From Adineta vaga (taxonomy: Eukaryota > Animalia > Rotifera): 64,000 nt of DNA. Under the pieces are notes generated by a model. It made no database searches. It was given only the letters and a program-made list of their open reading frames with translations, and was not told the DNA's origin. Positions 13,014 through 23,406 of this stretch are shown one piece after another. Both the position numbers and the translations under genes were made by a program. The stretch covers positions 992,001 to 1,056,000 of the forward strand of contig CP075494.1 of NCBI GenBank assembly GCA_021613535.1. The letters are read 5' to 3'. The stretch's first letter is position 1; the number at the start of each line of letters is the position of its first letter.

Positions 13014-13210
13014 TTTTTTGTTGAATTACAAGTATTTTTAAAATGATTATATTGTGCTATCTAAAACATACATATAAAATTAAAATAATATAAATATAAC
13101 TGTGAGTTAAGTTGAACGAATGTCAAAATGATATTCGTTCAGTACAAACGAATTTTTATAAAAGGAGAATGAGTGTGCATTTATAATGTCTTCGTTTCAC
13201 TCCTTATATA

Positions 13211-13460
13211 CTAGAGCTCCGCGTAGGATCGCGCTAAGTTTTTTCCCGTTCCATATGGGATATGGTATGGGACAAAAACAAGTTATCCCATCCCATATAG
13301 GATATGGTATGGGACAAAAACAAGTTATCCCATCCCATGACTTCACATACAGGCAGGGCTGCTATCTGCTCAGATGTGGAATGGGACACAAAAAATCTAA
13401 AATGGGATACATGCCAGGTACAACACTGTGCCAAATGGGGTGCACCAATAGGGTACACAA
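13211..13460. mobile_element. Nested hAT-like termini with about 43-bp direct repeat and ATGGGAC/ATGGGAT subterminal repeats
   Basis: TAGAGCTCC.. start; duplicated GGATATGGTATGGGACAAAAACAAGTTATCCCATCCCAT; CAGGGCTGCTATC TIR at about 13354. Confidence 0.5.
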
Positions 13461-14138
13461 GTTTTTCTCATTAAAAAGTGCTGCCAATGAGAAACTAGTT
13501 TTGAAAAGTGTTTTTAACGTGAAAAGATCGTTTCCAAACTTTCTCTGTTTTAAAGATAGCAGTCATATTGAATTTCTATTTTATTTCAAGATCAACAGAC
13601 AATTTAGAGATAGACCTTAACGCTTCTCTTGACGTTTTTACTTTTTCGAATTCGTTTGGCGTAGAATGATTTTCTTCTTTAATGAATTCAGTATCTGATT
13701 CAACAGATTATTGTTCCCTTTTCTGAAAGAAAAGGTTATAGCGCGTTAAAATCCTGTGCTAAAAAAGCTAAAAGTATCTGTCTGTCCTATCCAATCAGAA
13801 TTCAGCATTCAGTTAGATACTAAAAAACAGTTGCAGTCAAACAAAAATCATTCACCCAGGGGTTATCGAGGTCAAGGATCACGAATCTGAGGTAGTTTTT
13901 GTTAATTATTAGTTAATTATTAACTACACAAAAACTATTAATATTTGAAAAAAAGTTTCACCCGGGGGCTATCGAGGTCGAGGATTACGAATCTAAGGTG
14001 CGTCTTGTCAATTTCTTCGACTGAAAGGAGAGTCATTTGAAAAAATAATTTGTATGTTTGTGTATCTGTGTCGCGGTCAAAGGTCAAAGAACAATTTTTG
14101 AAAATGCTCAAAACTTCATAAAACATCCTTTAGGGTGT

Positions 14139-14217
14139 TTGAGGGTGGGTGTGGGTGAGGGTGAGGGTGTGGGTGTGGGTTAAGAGAACAGCATTACACA
14201 CACTCACCCTCAAGATG
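14139..14217. repeat. Telomeric-junction palindrome
   Basis: TTGAGGGTGGGTGTGGGTGAGGG.. / ..CACTCACCCTCAAGATG. Confidence 0.85.
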
Positions 14218-14878
14218 CTTCGGTAAATAAACGTTTTGGACTAGTTGGTATAGGATTCTCTTTGTTTAGCATTGAGACAATATCTTTACTTTTACCTGCA
14301 CTCGTATCACCATCACCACGACATATTTCAGCATGTGCTTTATGAGTACTAGATCCAGTTTTAATTGAATCATAAGCGAAAATTGAAAAACATTTGACAC
14401 ATTGAACATATGGTATAATATTTTCTTTATCATCTTGAATTCTAAGAAAGGTTTTCCACCAAGTTGCTGTTGATGTGTTTGGTTTTGCATATGTTTTAAA
14501 AATACCTTTATCTAATTTTGTTTTAATATCTTCTTTACTTTTTTTTACAATTATTCATATTGTAAGATGTAAATCAACAAAAAAAAATGAAAGCGTTGCA
14601 TCTGAAACATAAAAGTTATTTAAAGAAACTAAACTCTTCTTTATGAAATATTGGGATGAGGAATGGGTCGTTTAATCATTGTCAGATTTACTTTGACTCC
14701 TCTGTGTTTATATTAGTAATAGTAGCAGATTGAAATATTAGGGATTTATTGATGTCACTAGCTACTGGTTCGGGTCCGAATATACAATCTTGCCCGGACC
14801 CGAACCGACGAATTTTATCCGACATCCAGGTCCGGGTCGGGTCGGGCGCCGGGTACCCTACCGGTTTGCAGGACACTA
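14218..14878 (-). mobile_element. 5' part of an hAT (Hermes-like) transposon truncated at a telomeric junction
   Basis: TAGTGTCCTGCA terminus at 14878 with CCCGA subterminal repeats; BED-finger-like frame WWKTF..YVQCVKCFSIFAYDSIKTGSSTHKAH..KRLFTEA ending in TCTTGAGGG. Confidence 0.7.
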
Positions 14879-15133
14879 GCTCAGAATCACTTAACTTTAG
14901 CAAAAATAAAAAGCGCCAACTCGTAAGTTAACTCTAACTCTGAGTTGATGTTGTCCATGAATATTCGATTTCTCTTCATTTTTTTCCTTCTAACATGTTA
15001 TGACATCAACACGAATTAATCGGAGTGGAAACAGACATCAACTCCCACTCAATTCATTCTCTGCCTGCGATATGTAGACTTCTGCTGTATCTTCAACCAT
15101 GAAATGCAATATTGGAAATAAAGTTCTTAGATC

Positions 15134-15197
15134 GTGGGTGTGGATGTGAGTACTCCAATTTTGCGTCACCAACCCACACCCACACCCACACCCTCAA
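15134..15197. repeat. Telomeric-junction palindrome
   Basis: GTGGGTGTGGATGTGAG / CCCACACCCACACCCACACCCTCAA. Confidence 0.8.
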
Positions 15198-15915
15198 ATA
15201 GGTTTTCATTGTATTGTTAGATGTACTGATAATACTGGTACAACAAGAAATCATTTTGATAATTATGGAAATTTATATGTATATTCGATGTAATAAATAA
15301 TCATCGAATTCAAAATTTTACTTTAATGACCAATCATGTTAATTGTTGACGATTATTTAAAATTTATTGATAATAATTGATTTAATCATTATCTTGAACT
15401 TAATAAAGTTCCAAGTTGAGCGTTATTTGTTAAAACTGTTATATATCGAATATTGAATATCGTAGTAATAAAACCTCGATAAGAATATGGGTGGAGCGTC
15501 ATAATGAATAGTTACATTTTATATTTTACTTTTTTATATAATATGTTTTATTGAAAAACTCCATAATTCACAAACAACATTTAATTATAATCTCGCGTAT
15601 TTTTTACTTTTAACAAAAGCAAAATTCTTTGCGATCAGTTTCTCTTATTTCTTTAGGACATATGACTTTTTCACAAACATGAAAACATGGTTATACAAAG
15701 TTTTGCTTTTTTTAAAAACAAAAAATTTATAATCAAAATGAACTTTACTTTGTTAATAATTTCAACATATTTGAAAAGTGTACATAAGAAAATAGTCTTA
15801 TAATCAGAATGATATCAAGTTTTCAACGGAACTATAGATTACAAATCACGAGAAGCATATTTAATTAAGAAAATGATGAAGTTATTGACAAATCAAAGTA
15901 CATGTCTATATAGTT

Positions 15916-18900
15916 TCATTTGGTAAATATTTTTGTTCGTTTGAGAATTGTTATAATTTCTTTTTTGTACGTTTTAGAAGGCCAAACAAAAATAATAAAT
16001 GTCAATAAAGATGGTATAAAAGAAATAAAATATCCAAATAAAAATAACCACGGATTTCTAACTGATTTCATACATCCAGAAAAGAAAGAAATAATAAGAC
16101 GTGGTAATGTTAATATAACTAAAATAAATGGACTAATAATATGATGTTTATGTTCATAAACTTGTTTACGTAAATGTTCAATATAAGTTAATTTCTTTTG
16201 TTTTGTTGAACGAGTTCGTGTAATAATAATAATTATTATTATAGCTGAAATAATATTAATAGAAAATGGTAAAATAAAATGAAAAATATTCATGAATGAA
16301 TCAAATATTTTTATAATAGATGAATATTGAACAATACACCATGTTCGTATTTCTTCTTCGTCATCTATCAATCGACGATGAATTGGATCATGTACGAAAC
16401 TAAGAAGAGACGAAAGTATTATACCAAGAATAATCCATTTTGCAACTTTTTGACTTTTTTCTTTACTAAAATATGGACCTTTTATGAGAATAAATACTCT
16501 TTCAATAGCAACACTAGCATTTAACCAATTACTAATTATTAATAAAGATTGAAGAATAAATTCCATTAAAATACAATCTATATAAATAAAAGTATGATGT
16601 TTCAACCATGACATTTGTGATAGAATTAAAAACCAAAATTTTAATTTAAAGATCATCAAACAAAATAATGATGATATTGATGATGCAAGAAGATACAATC
16701 CACATCCAGTTTGACAAAGACGTTTTGAAGAAAATGTTATAATAGAAAAAATTCCATTAACTAAACCTATTACAAACATAAATGTTGTTATTACAATACT
16801 AATTTTTACTGGAAATGATTGTTGAACAATTGATAAATGTGAATGGATATGATATCCAAGAATAACATTAAGTGATAAACCAAAACCCTTCGTTGTAAAT
16901 TGACATTTTCCACCATAATAACAATCATTACATATACACATTGTTAATTGTGGACAATTTGCACGATTCTGAAGACATTGACCACCGTTCTCACATGTTG
17001 TTCGTCTTTTACAAATAGAAGTTTTAGTGAAATCAAAAGAAAAACAATTTGTAAAATTATCATTATTACATAAACACATAAATGCTTCAGGATCATAAAA
17101 ACATGATAAATGTGAATTATCTCGACATATATTGTGATAGAATTTTGCTCGACGTAATATATGATATTCAAATGTTTGTTTATCAAGTAAATTATCAATA
17201 ATAGGACAATATTGAAATAATTTCATTTCAAGTGAAATTTCTTGAAGAAAAAATGAATTATTTCTTTGAAGAAAAGCAAGATAATAATCATTATGTATTT
17301 GAATAAAAATTAAATTAAATGGAATTGATATATATAATGTTGTACTATATTCATCAAAACGAATTTTTTTTGATATTGTTGTTATTAAAGGATGATTAGT
17401 TGTTTGTACAGTAATAAAATGAATTAATAGAAATGATGGAATATTAACATCATGAAATGATATATCGATACGAGTATCTTTTATTTCACATGTTAAACCA
17501 GAATAGCCAATTTCACATATACATATAAAAGTATTTCTTGATATTTGTTCGTTTTCTGCAATGCATTGACCTTTGTTTTTACAAGGATTAGTTCGACATA
17601 TAGAAGAAAGAAAACAACGTGATCCAAAATTCATTTGTGAACATAAACAAATCGATCGATTATCAACTTCACCAAGACATTTCGAATCTGATGAACAATC
17701 ACAAATATTCAATCGAATAGAACAATTAATACCTGACCATCCGGAATCACAGAGACAAAAATCTTCTTCTCTATTGAAATATGTAACACAACGACCATGA
17801 TTATTACACATCAATGTGCAAGTATCTGTAGTAGTTATTGGATGAGAACGTAAAATTAGATGTGCAGAAATACGATTGACAGGTAAAAAGAGAAATTTGA
17901 TTGGTAATATCCAACTTGTAAAATGAAGAAGATCTATCTTATTATAAGCATCTATTCGAATAGTATAATTTTTTTCCAAATTCTTTGATCGATTATGAAA
18001 AAGTAAGTAAATATTATATTTTCTATCACAATTACTTGTAGAAATATATATAAATTGATCATATGAATGAATAATATTATCATTATCAATGAGAGTTACA
18101 ATAATACTATAGATTCCACGACAATTAGGAGCACATTCTTTACTGAATTGTAAAGTTAAACTTACACGTTGACTTTGAAATTGACATCGATTACCATAAT
18201 AACTCGGAGGACAAAGACAACGTTGAATTTTTTCTCGTCCTTTATAGATTAGAATACCTCGATTACAAATCCATGCTTGATAATAAGTTATATTTCTATA
18301 ATCTTTATTTGACGAAGAATCATTATGATCGTTGAAAGTATTTACATTATTATAAGTGAAATTTTTATACGATATATTTGATTCGAAACGACTCATATTA
18401 CTTAAAATAAAATAAACACTTTTACCAAGACGACTCCTTCCTAAATATTCATCTAAAGCAAGACTTGTTAATATTTTCTGTATTTGTGGATCATTCCAAC
18501 ATATATCTACATCGAAATGGTCCCATTCGTACTGACAATCATTGAAGCCTCTACAACCCACTAAAGTACAGCGACTCTCATTCCAACATCGATAACGAGA
18601 TTGAGGTCTTTGTGAATTGTATCTTCGACAAAAAGCTCTTTCATCCGTTGATCCAAGACAATCTATTTTTCCATCTCCAGCTTGATTTATTGGTAAACAT
18701 TTGATTTCCAAATCGATAGGTGATACACATAAATGATGATTAGGATAACATGGAGATGTTAAATCACAATTAACTTCATCAAGACCATTCGAACATTCCC
18801 ATGCACCATTACATTGAGTATATTGATTATTACATGGCCAATGTTCACAATTTGTTTCATCCGTTTCTTTTTTACCATCAATAATTGTTGATGATAATTG

Positions 18901-20628
18901 AGTATATCCATTACATAGATTTTGAAAAGAAAATCTTTTATTTGTATCAAATGTTTCATCGTCACTATTAACACAATCTGTTTGCAAGTTTTGTATAAGA
19001 ACAGGTGAGAGACATTTGTTTTTAGACGAACAATAAAAACGATATTTATCATTAAATTTACATGAATCTACATCATCTTCATCAATAGAATTAATACAAT
19101 CAGAAATTCCATCAAGTACTCGATGTTTTGAAATACATTTTGATGTATTTGAACAATGAAATAACGAAGAATAAAAACAATCTGTTTCATTACCAGTTTT
19201 ATCAATTAATAAACATGTATGAAATAATTCAATAAGATGATCAATAAATAATAAATCATATTGTTCAAGATATGAACATGATTTATTATTTATTGTGAAA
19301 TCTTTTTCAAAGAATGGACATCGTTTTTCATTATAACACATAAAATCAGGAAGCGGAATATTATCGAAAGAATATAAATTATTTATTGTACTTTTCCAAA
19401 ATCCAAATTCTGCATATTCTTCAAGAAAGGGTAACATCGGAAAAAGTATATAAATTGATTCATTACAAACAGATTCAGAGAAGATGGAATCAAAATTATG
19501 TTGAATTCCACATATATTTTCAGGACAAAGAACTCCATATTTGTCAAGCATAATGTATTTTATTACTTGAAAGCATTCTGATGTTAAATTTGAAGAATGT
19601 TCTATATTCAATAATGTTGATTTCCACATTATTTCATTACGTCGATTTTTACAATATAAATATAAATATGCATCAAAATTCATAGCATCTCTTTCCATTT
19701 TAATATTTTGTCCATCACCACATACAAAACCTCGTAAACCAAAAAAATGATCTGATTCTTCGCAACGAAATGTTGGATCATGATAACAAAAATTAAATCC
19801 AAATTTTCGATCGATTTTTAAACCATCAAAATTATTTTCATCAGTTCGATCAAGACAATCAGTATTATATGGATGATCATTAACAAACTCTTCTGGAATA
19901 CACATTCCATTATGACAACGATATTCGTTTGATTCACATTCATTTAATTCTAATTGTAAACAATACATTTCATCGATTCCATCACCTAAACAATCAATTC
20001 TTTGATCACAGATTTCACGCCAATCCAGGCACATTGGTGATGGTCCGCGATTACATTTGATATGTATATAACAGGTCAAGTTCGTAATATCAAGATTGGA
20101 TTGAATACTCGGTTCTATAAGCATATACTTTTGATGCTTTTTTTCAAAAGTTTCTTCGACAATTTTATCAAATAATCGATTAGAATCAAATGTAAATTGA
20201 CAAAATGTTCCAAACCATAATGGTGTACAATTATAAAATCGATCGAATTTTGAAATTATTTTCAAATCATTTAGATAACTTTCATAACGTTCAACAAGAT
20301 CGATGGGAGCAAACCATGATAAGAGATCTTGTCCACTTATATTCATTGTTTTCAATTCATCAAATGTCAAATTTGAGAATATATTATCTTCTATGATAAT
20401 TGAATCTTGCCATTCTTCCTCTGTAAATGGACGTAAACAATACGATATGATTTGATAAGGATTTGGAAATCTATCTTCTATTCCCAAAATATTCACGTAA
20501 TTAATTGAATTGTATAGCAAACAATCATGATCTAAAGTATTTTTATTTTTCAAATCTGTGTAATATAAATTGAATTGACCGTAAGTTAATGTGAGAATTA
20601 TTGTTAAAGTTATTCCAAAAAGAATCAT
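15916..20628 (-). CDS. Intronless giant GPCR with LDL-receptor class A and EGF repeats and C-terminal 7TM
   Basis: ORF of about 1570 aa from ATG 20628 with signal peptide; LDLa motifs (CLDWREICD..DC..DE), EGF motifs (CLCDSGWSGINC), seven hydrophobic helices with ERV (DRY-like). Confidence 0.85.
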   Translation of the reverse strand: MILFGITLTIILTLTYGQFNLYYTDLKNKNTLDHDCLLYNSINYVNILGIEDRFPNPYQIISYCLRPFTEEEWQDSIIIEDNIFSNLTFDELKTMNISGQDLLSWFAPIDLVERYESYLNDLKIISKFDRFYNCTPLWFGTFCQFTFDSNRLFDKIVEETFEKKHQKYMLIEPSIQSNLDITNLTCYIHIKCNRGPSPMCLDWREICDQRIDCLGDGIDEMYCLQLELNECESNEYRCHNGMCIPEEFVNDHPYNTDCLDRTDENNFDGLKIDRKFGFNFCYHDPTFRCEESDHFFGLRGFVCGDGQNIKMERDAMNFDAYLYLYCKNRRNEIMWKSTLLNIEHSSNLTSECFQVIKYIMLDKYGVLCPENICGIQHNFDSIFSESVCNESIYILFPMLPFLEEYAEFGFWKSTINNLYSFDNIPLPDFMCYNEKRCPFFEKDFTINNKSCSYLEQYDLLFIDHLIELFHTCLLIDKTGNETDCFYSSLFHCSNTSKCISKHRVLDGISDCINSIDEDDVDSCKFNDKYRFYCSSKNKCLSPVLIQNLQTDCVNSDDETFDTNKRFSFQNLCNGYTQLSSTIIDGKKETDETNCEHWPCNNQYTQCNGAWECSNGLDEVNCDLTSPCYPNHHLCVSPIDLEIKCLPINQAGDGKIDCLGSTDERAFCRRYNSQRPQSRYRCWNESRCTLVGCRGFNDCQYEWDHFDVDICWNDPQIQKILTSLALDEYLGRSRLGKSVYFILSNMSRFESNISYKNFTYNNVNTFNDHNDSSSNKDYRNITYYQAWICNRGILIYKGREKIQRCLCPPSYYGNRCQFQSQRVSLTLQFSKECAPNCRGIYSIIVTLIDNDNIIHSYDQFIYISTSNCDRKYNIYLLFHNRSKNLEKNYTIRIDAYNKIDLLHFTSWILPIKFLFLPVNRISAHLILRSHPITTTDTCTLMCNNHGRCVTYFNREEDFCLCDSGWSGINCSIRLNICDCSSDSKCLGEVDNRSICLCSQMNFGSRCFLSSICRTNPCKNKGQCIAENEQISRNTFICICEIGYSGLTCEIKDTRIDISFHDVNIPSFLLIHFITVQTTNHPLITTISKKIRFDEYSTTLYISIPFNLIFIQIHNDYYLAFLQRNNSFFLQEISLEMKLFQYCPIIDNLLDKQTFEYHILRRAKFYHNICRDNSHLSCFYDPEAFMCLCNNDNFTNCFSFDFTKTSICKRRTTCENGGQCLQNRANCPQLTMCICNDCYYGGKCQFTTKGFGLSLNVILGYHIHSHLSIVQQSFPVKISIVITTFMFVIGLVNGIFSIITFSSKRLCQTGCGLYLLASSISSLFCLMIFKLKFWFLILSQMSWLKHHTFIYIDCILMEFILQSLLIISNWLNASVAIERVFILIKGPYFSKEKSQKVAKWIILGIILSSLLSFVHDPIHRRLIDDEEEIRTWCIVQYSSIIKIFDSFMNIFHFILPFSINIISAIIIIIIITRTRSTKQKKLTYIEHLRKQVYEHKHHIISPFILVILTLPRLIISFFSGCMKSVRNPWLFLFGYFISFIPSLLTFIIFVWPSKTYKKEIITILKRTKIFTK

Positions 20629-21140
20629 TGTATCAATACTAAATATAATGCCATGTATAATTGATACTTTGTGCAAAAGTTAGTTAATTGTCAGAATTTA
20701 TTGTTAAATGCCATCGGATTTCCTGATAACATTAGTAGCACGTTTTCTTTTTTGATGATTGAACGTGTTTTACATCATTTATTGGAGAAAAAACGCCTTA
20801 TTATCACAGTTTGAAATCAGATAATATTTCACCGCCTCGCTTCGCTGCAAGTTTTAGTAAAACTATTATATTATCGACTGCGAATATATTGCATTTATTC
20901 TTAATATGATGTTATTATAAGGAATATCAAAAGTGCTTATTTTATTTTTGTGACCAATTTACCTTGATAATTAAATATATTCACTTCAATGAATATCTAT
21001 AAAAAAAGAAATTATTTATTTATTTTTCATATTACTCATTGTATGATAAATGTTTATAGTGTAGTAGAATATTTTCACATCAATAAGAAATATAAAGAAC
21101 AAATACTTATGTTATAACAAATAAAGAAATCGATAATTTT

Positions 21141-21501
21141 TCTTGAGGGTGTGGATGTGGGTGTGGGTGTGGGTGGGGTGGGGTGTGGGTATATCTTTTT
21201 CACTCTCACCCACACCCACACCCACCCATCTTTTTTGTTTGTAAAATATTCGTATAATGCTGGAAGAAGACAAAGATTCGCTTTAAGTTCGAGGTACGGA
21301 TGAGGCTATCAGATGGTGGGAGTGTAAGGGTCAGAAGAACATCGTCACCCATACCCTCAAGAGGACCAGTTGCAAGTTGCGTTCTACCAGCAGCTGTTGT
21401 TAATCGTGTTGCATCATTGATTGTAGTATAAGACGTACATTGTGAAGGTGAAACAGCTTGAGGGTGTGGGTCACGCTATACTTTTAACCTACACCCACCC
21501 T
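21141..21501. repeat. Cluster of three telomeric-junction palindromes (21141-21228, 21314-21362, 21457-21501)
   Basis: Three G-arm/spacer/C-arm units separated by about 85-95 bp of unique sequence. Confidence 0.85.
21363..21456 (-). pseudogene. Orphan about 95-bp coding fragment (resembles the start of a UMOD/GP2-like D8C Cys domain) between two junctions
   Basis: AVSPSQCTSYTTINDATRLTTAAGRT; no start or stop; bounded by palindrome arms on both sides. Confidence 0.4.
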
Positions 21502-22037
21502 TTCGATGGTAAATCTGAATTGTTTGATTTAAAATTAACTATGTTTTAGAACCACAACCGAAAGTTTTCTATGCATATGAAATTATATGAAAAGAAAAGA
21601 AACTTATTAATTCATGTTATATACTTTCATTCTTGAAAATTTTCTTTCAGATCCGTAGGGAACAATTAACCAACAGAAATGAAATATATAATCAGTCTTG
21701 TCAATGTTCGATTTTTTTGATACGTTGCATTACTTTTACTGACATTGTAAATAGAATATATCGGATTTTTTTCTTGTGATAATTCGTAGCAATCAATAGA
21801 ATCGCAGAAGACTTTACTTCGTATGATTGACAATGGAATTTATGATTGTCGACTGCTATACTTCGAATATTCTACTTAAAAAGTATCACATAGTGCATAG
21901 TGAGGATATTGGAGTAAATAACATTATACTGTTTTGAAAATATAAAAGTGTGATCATTATCATATCGTTTTATTCTGAAAAATGAAACCACATACTCGTT
22001 ACTAAAAATTCTTTTTATTTATCGAAAAAAAAATTAT

Positions 22038-22358
22038 TTATATACCATCAACCATACTGTTATCGTTTTTATTTGGACAACAATATTTTTTACGAGTTTC
22101 ACCCATTGTACAAATACCACCAGTGTTCTTACATATATTTTCATCATTTTCACAAGAGATTTTTAACGCCACTCCATTTTTACACGGACTGCATTGACAA
22201 TAATGACATCCGGTAACATCTGATATAGCAAAACCATATGGACAAAATCTCTTACAATATACATCTGGACATAATCTTGGTTTTCTTATTGCTTCAATAA
22301 AGGCTAAAGTATACCCACAGTAAAATAAGAATATCCATAGAAACAATAGTTTTGCCAT
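22038..22358 (-). CDS. Small secreted antistasin-like Cys-rich protein
   Basis: Signal peptide from MAKLLFLW; CPDVYCKRFCPYGFAISDVTGCHYCQC matches the antistasin pattern. Confidence 0.7.
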   Translation of the reverse strand: MAKLLFLWIFLFYCGYTLAFIEAIRKPRLCPDVYCKRFCPYGFAISDVTGCHYCQCSPCKNGVALKISCENDENICKNTGGICTMGETRKKYCCPNKNDNSMVDGI

Positions 22359-22609
22359 ATTCGAAAGAGGTTTTCGTATTTGGACGATGATTGAAATAAA
22401 GAAAATAAATTTTGTTTTTATACTGAGTATTTGAAGTATAGATATTTTGAATAGATTATTCCGGTGAATATTCAACAATCGAAATATGGGCAATAATTAT
22501 GGCATAAAATTATAAAATAAAGAATATGTATGTAACAGATTAGCATCGAGAAACAATGATTCATTTTGTGACTTCATGTGCGTATAATCTAATGGATCTT
22601 AAAATCCAA

Positions 22610-23166
22610 GGTGTGGGTGTGGGTTAAGAGCATATCCGGACTCACACACACACACGTTAAAAGTAAATACAATCATTAATAGGCTTTTTTCGCCTGATTG
22701 TACATCTAACTATACTCTTTTGTGAAACACGATCTGAAAGAGAGTGTTGAAGTGTTTAAGGGCAGAATTTTGGACCCCCCCCCCCCCACAAACGTGACCG
22801 ACAGAGTAAAAACCTTTTGCCCTCCCCCACAGACGTCACCGACAGCTTAAATTGCCTCCCTCACAGGCGTAACCGACAGGGTGAATGAACCTCACAGACG
22901 TTACCGACAGGGGCAATCATCTATCACGGACGTTACCGACAGACTCAATGATCCCCTCACAGACGTAACCGAAACCCTAAAATCCCTATCACAGACGTGA
23001 TCGACAGATTAGAAACCCTGTTACAGACTTGACCGGCAGCCTGACAATTCCGTAACAGCGTTACCGGCAGACGCAATGAACCCATTTTGAGCGTGCGGGC
23101 GTGGTTGAGAGTAGCTTATTTACACTTTAAGCTTACCCACACTCACCCTCATTCACTTACACCCTC
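22610..23166. repeat. Two degenerate telomeric-junction palindromes (22610-22655, 23082-23166)
   Basis: GGTGTGGGTGTGGG/ACTCACAC; CCATTTTGAGCGTGCGGGCGTGG/CCCACACTCACCCTCA. Confidence 0.7.
22785..23075. repeat. Degenerate about 33-bp tandem repeat (about 9 copies), probably TE-subterminal
   Basis: Core CACAGACGTTACCGACAG recurring after a poly-C run. Confidence 0.7.
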
Positions 23167-23406
23167 TTATGCATTTATCTATGAAAATTATCACAGATAA
23201 CTCAGATTTTGGCAATAATGTAAACGCAGAACAATTATCGATCATAGATCTCCGTTGCAATAATAGAAACAGATTTATCGTGTTTCACATTTTTAATCCC
23301 ACAAGGGATTGAGCTGAAAGCTTTTTCTATAGAACGAAAGAAAAGAATTTTTTATTCAGCAGAAAATAGACATTTTTTCTATTCTCCATGATTAATTAAA
23401 TGAACG

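Noticed and set aside
22785-23075. CRISPR-like repeat-spacer appearance
   Set aside because: Units are about 33 bp in total with degenerate cores and related linkers; eukaryotic context and no cas genes, so a minisatellite
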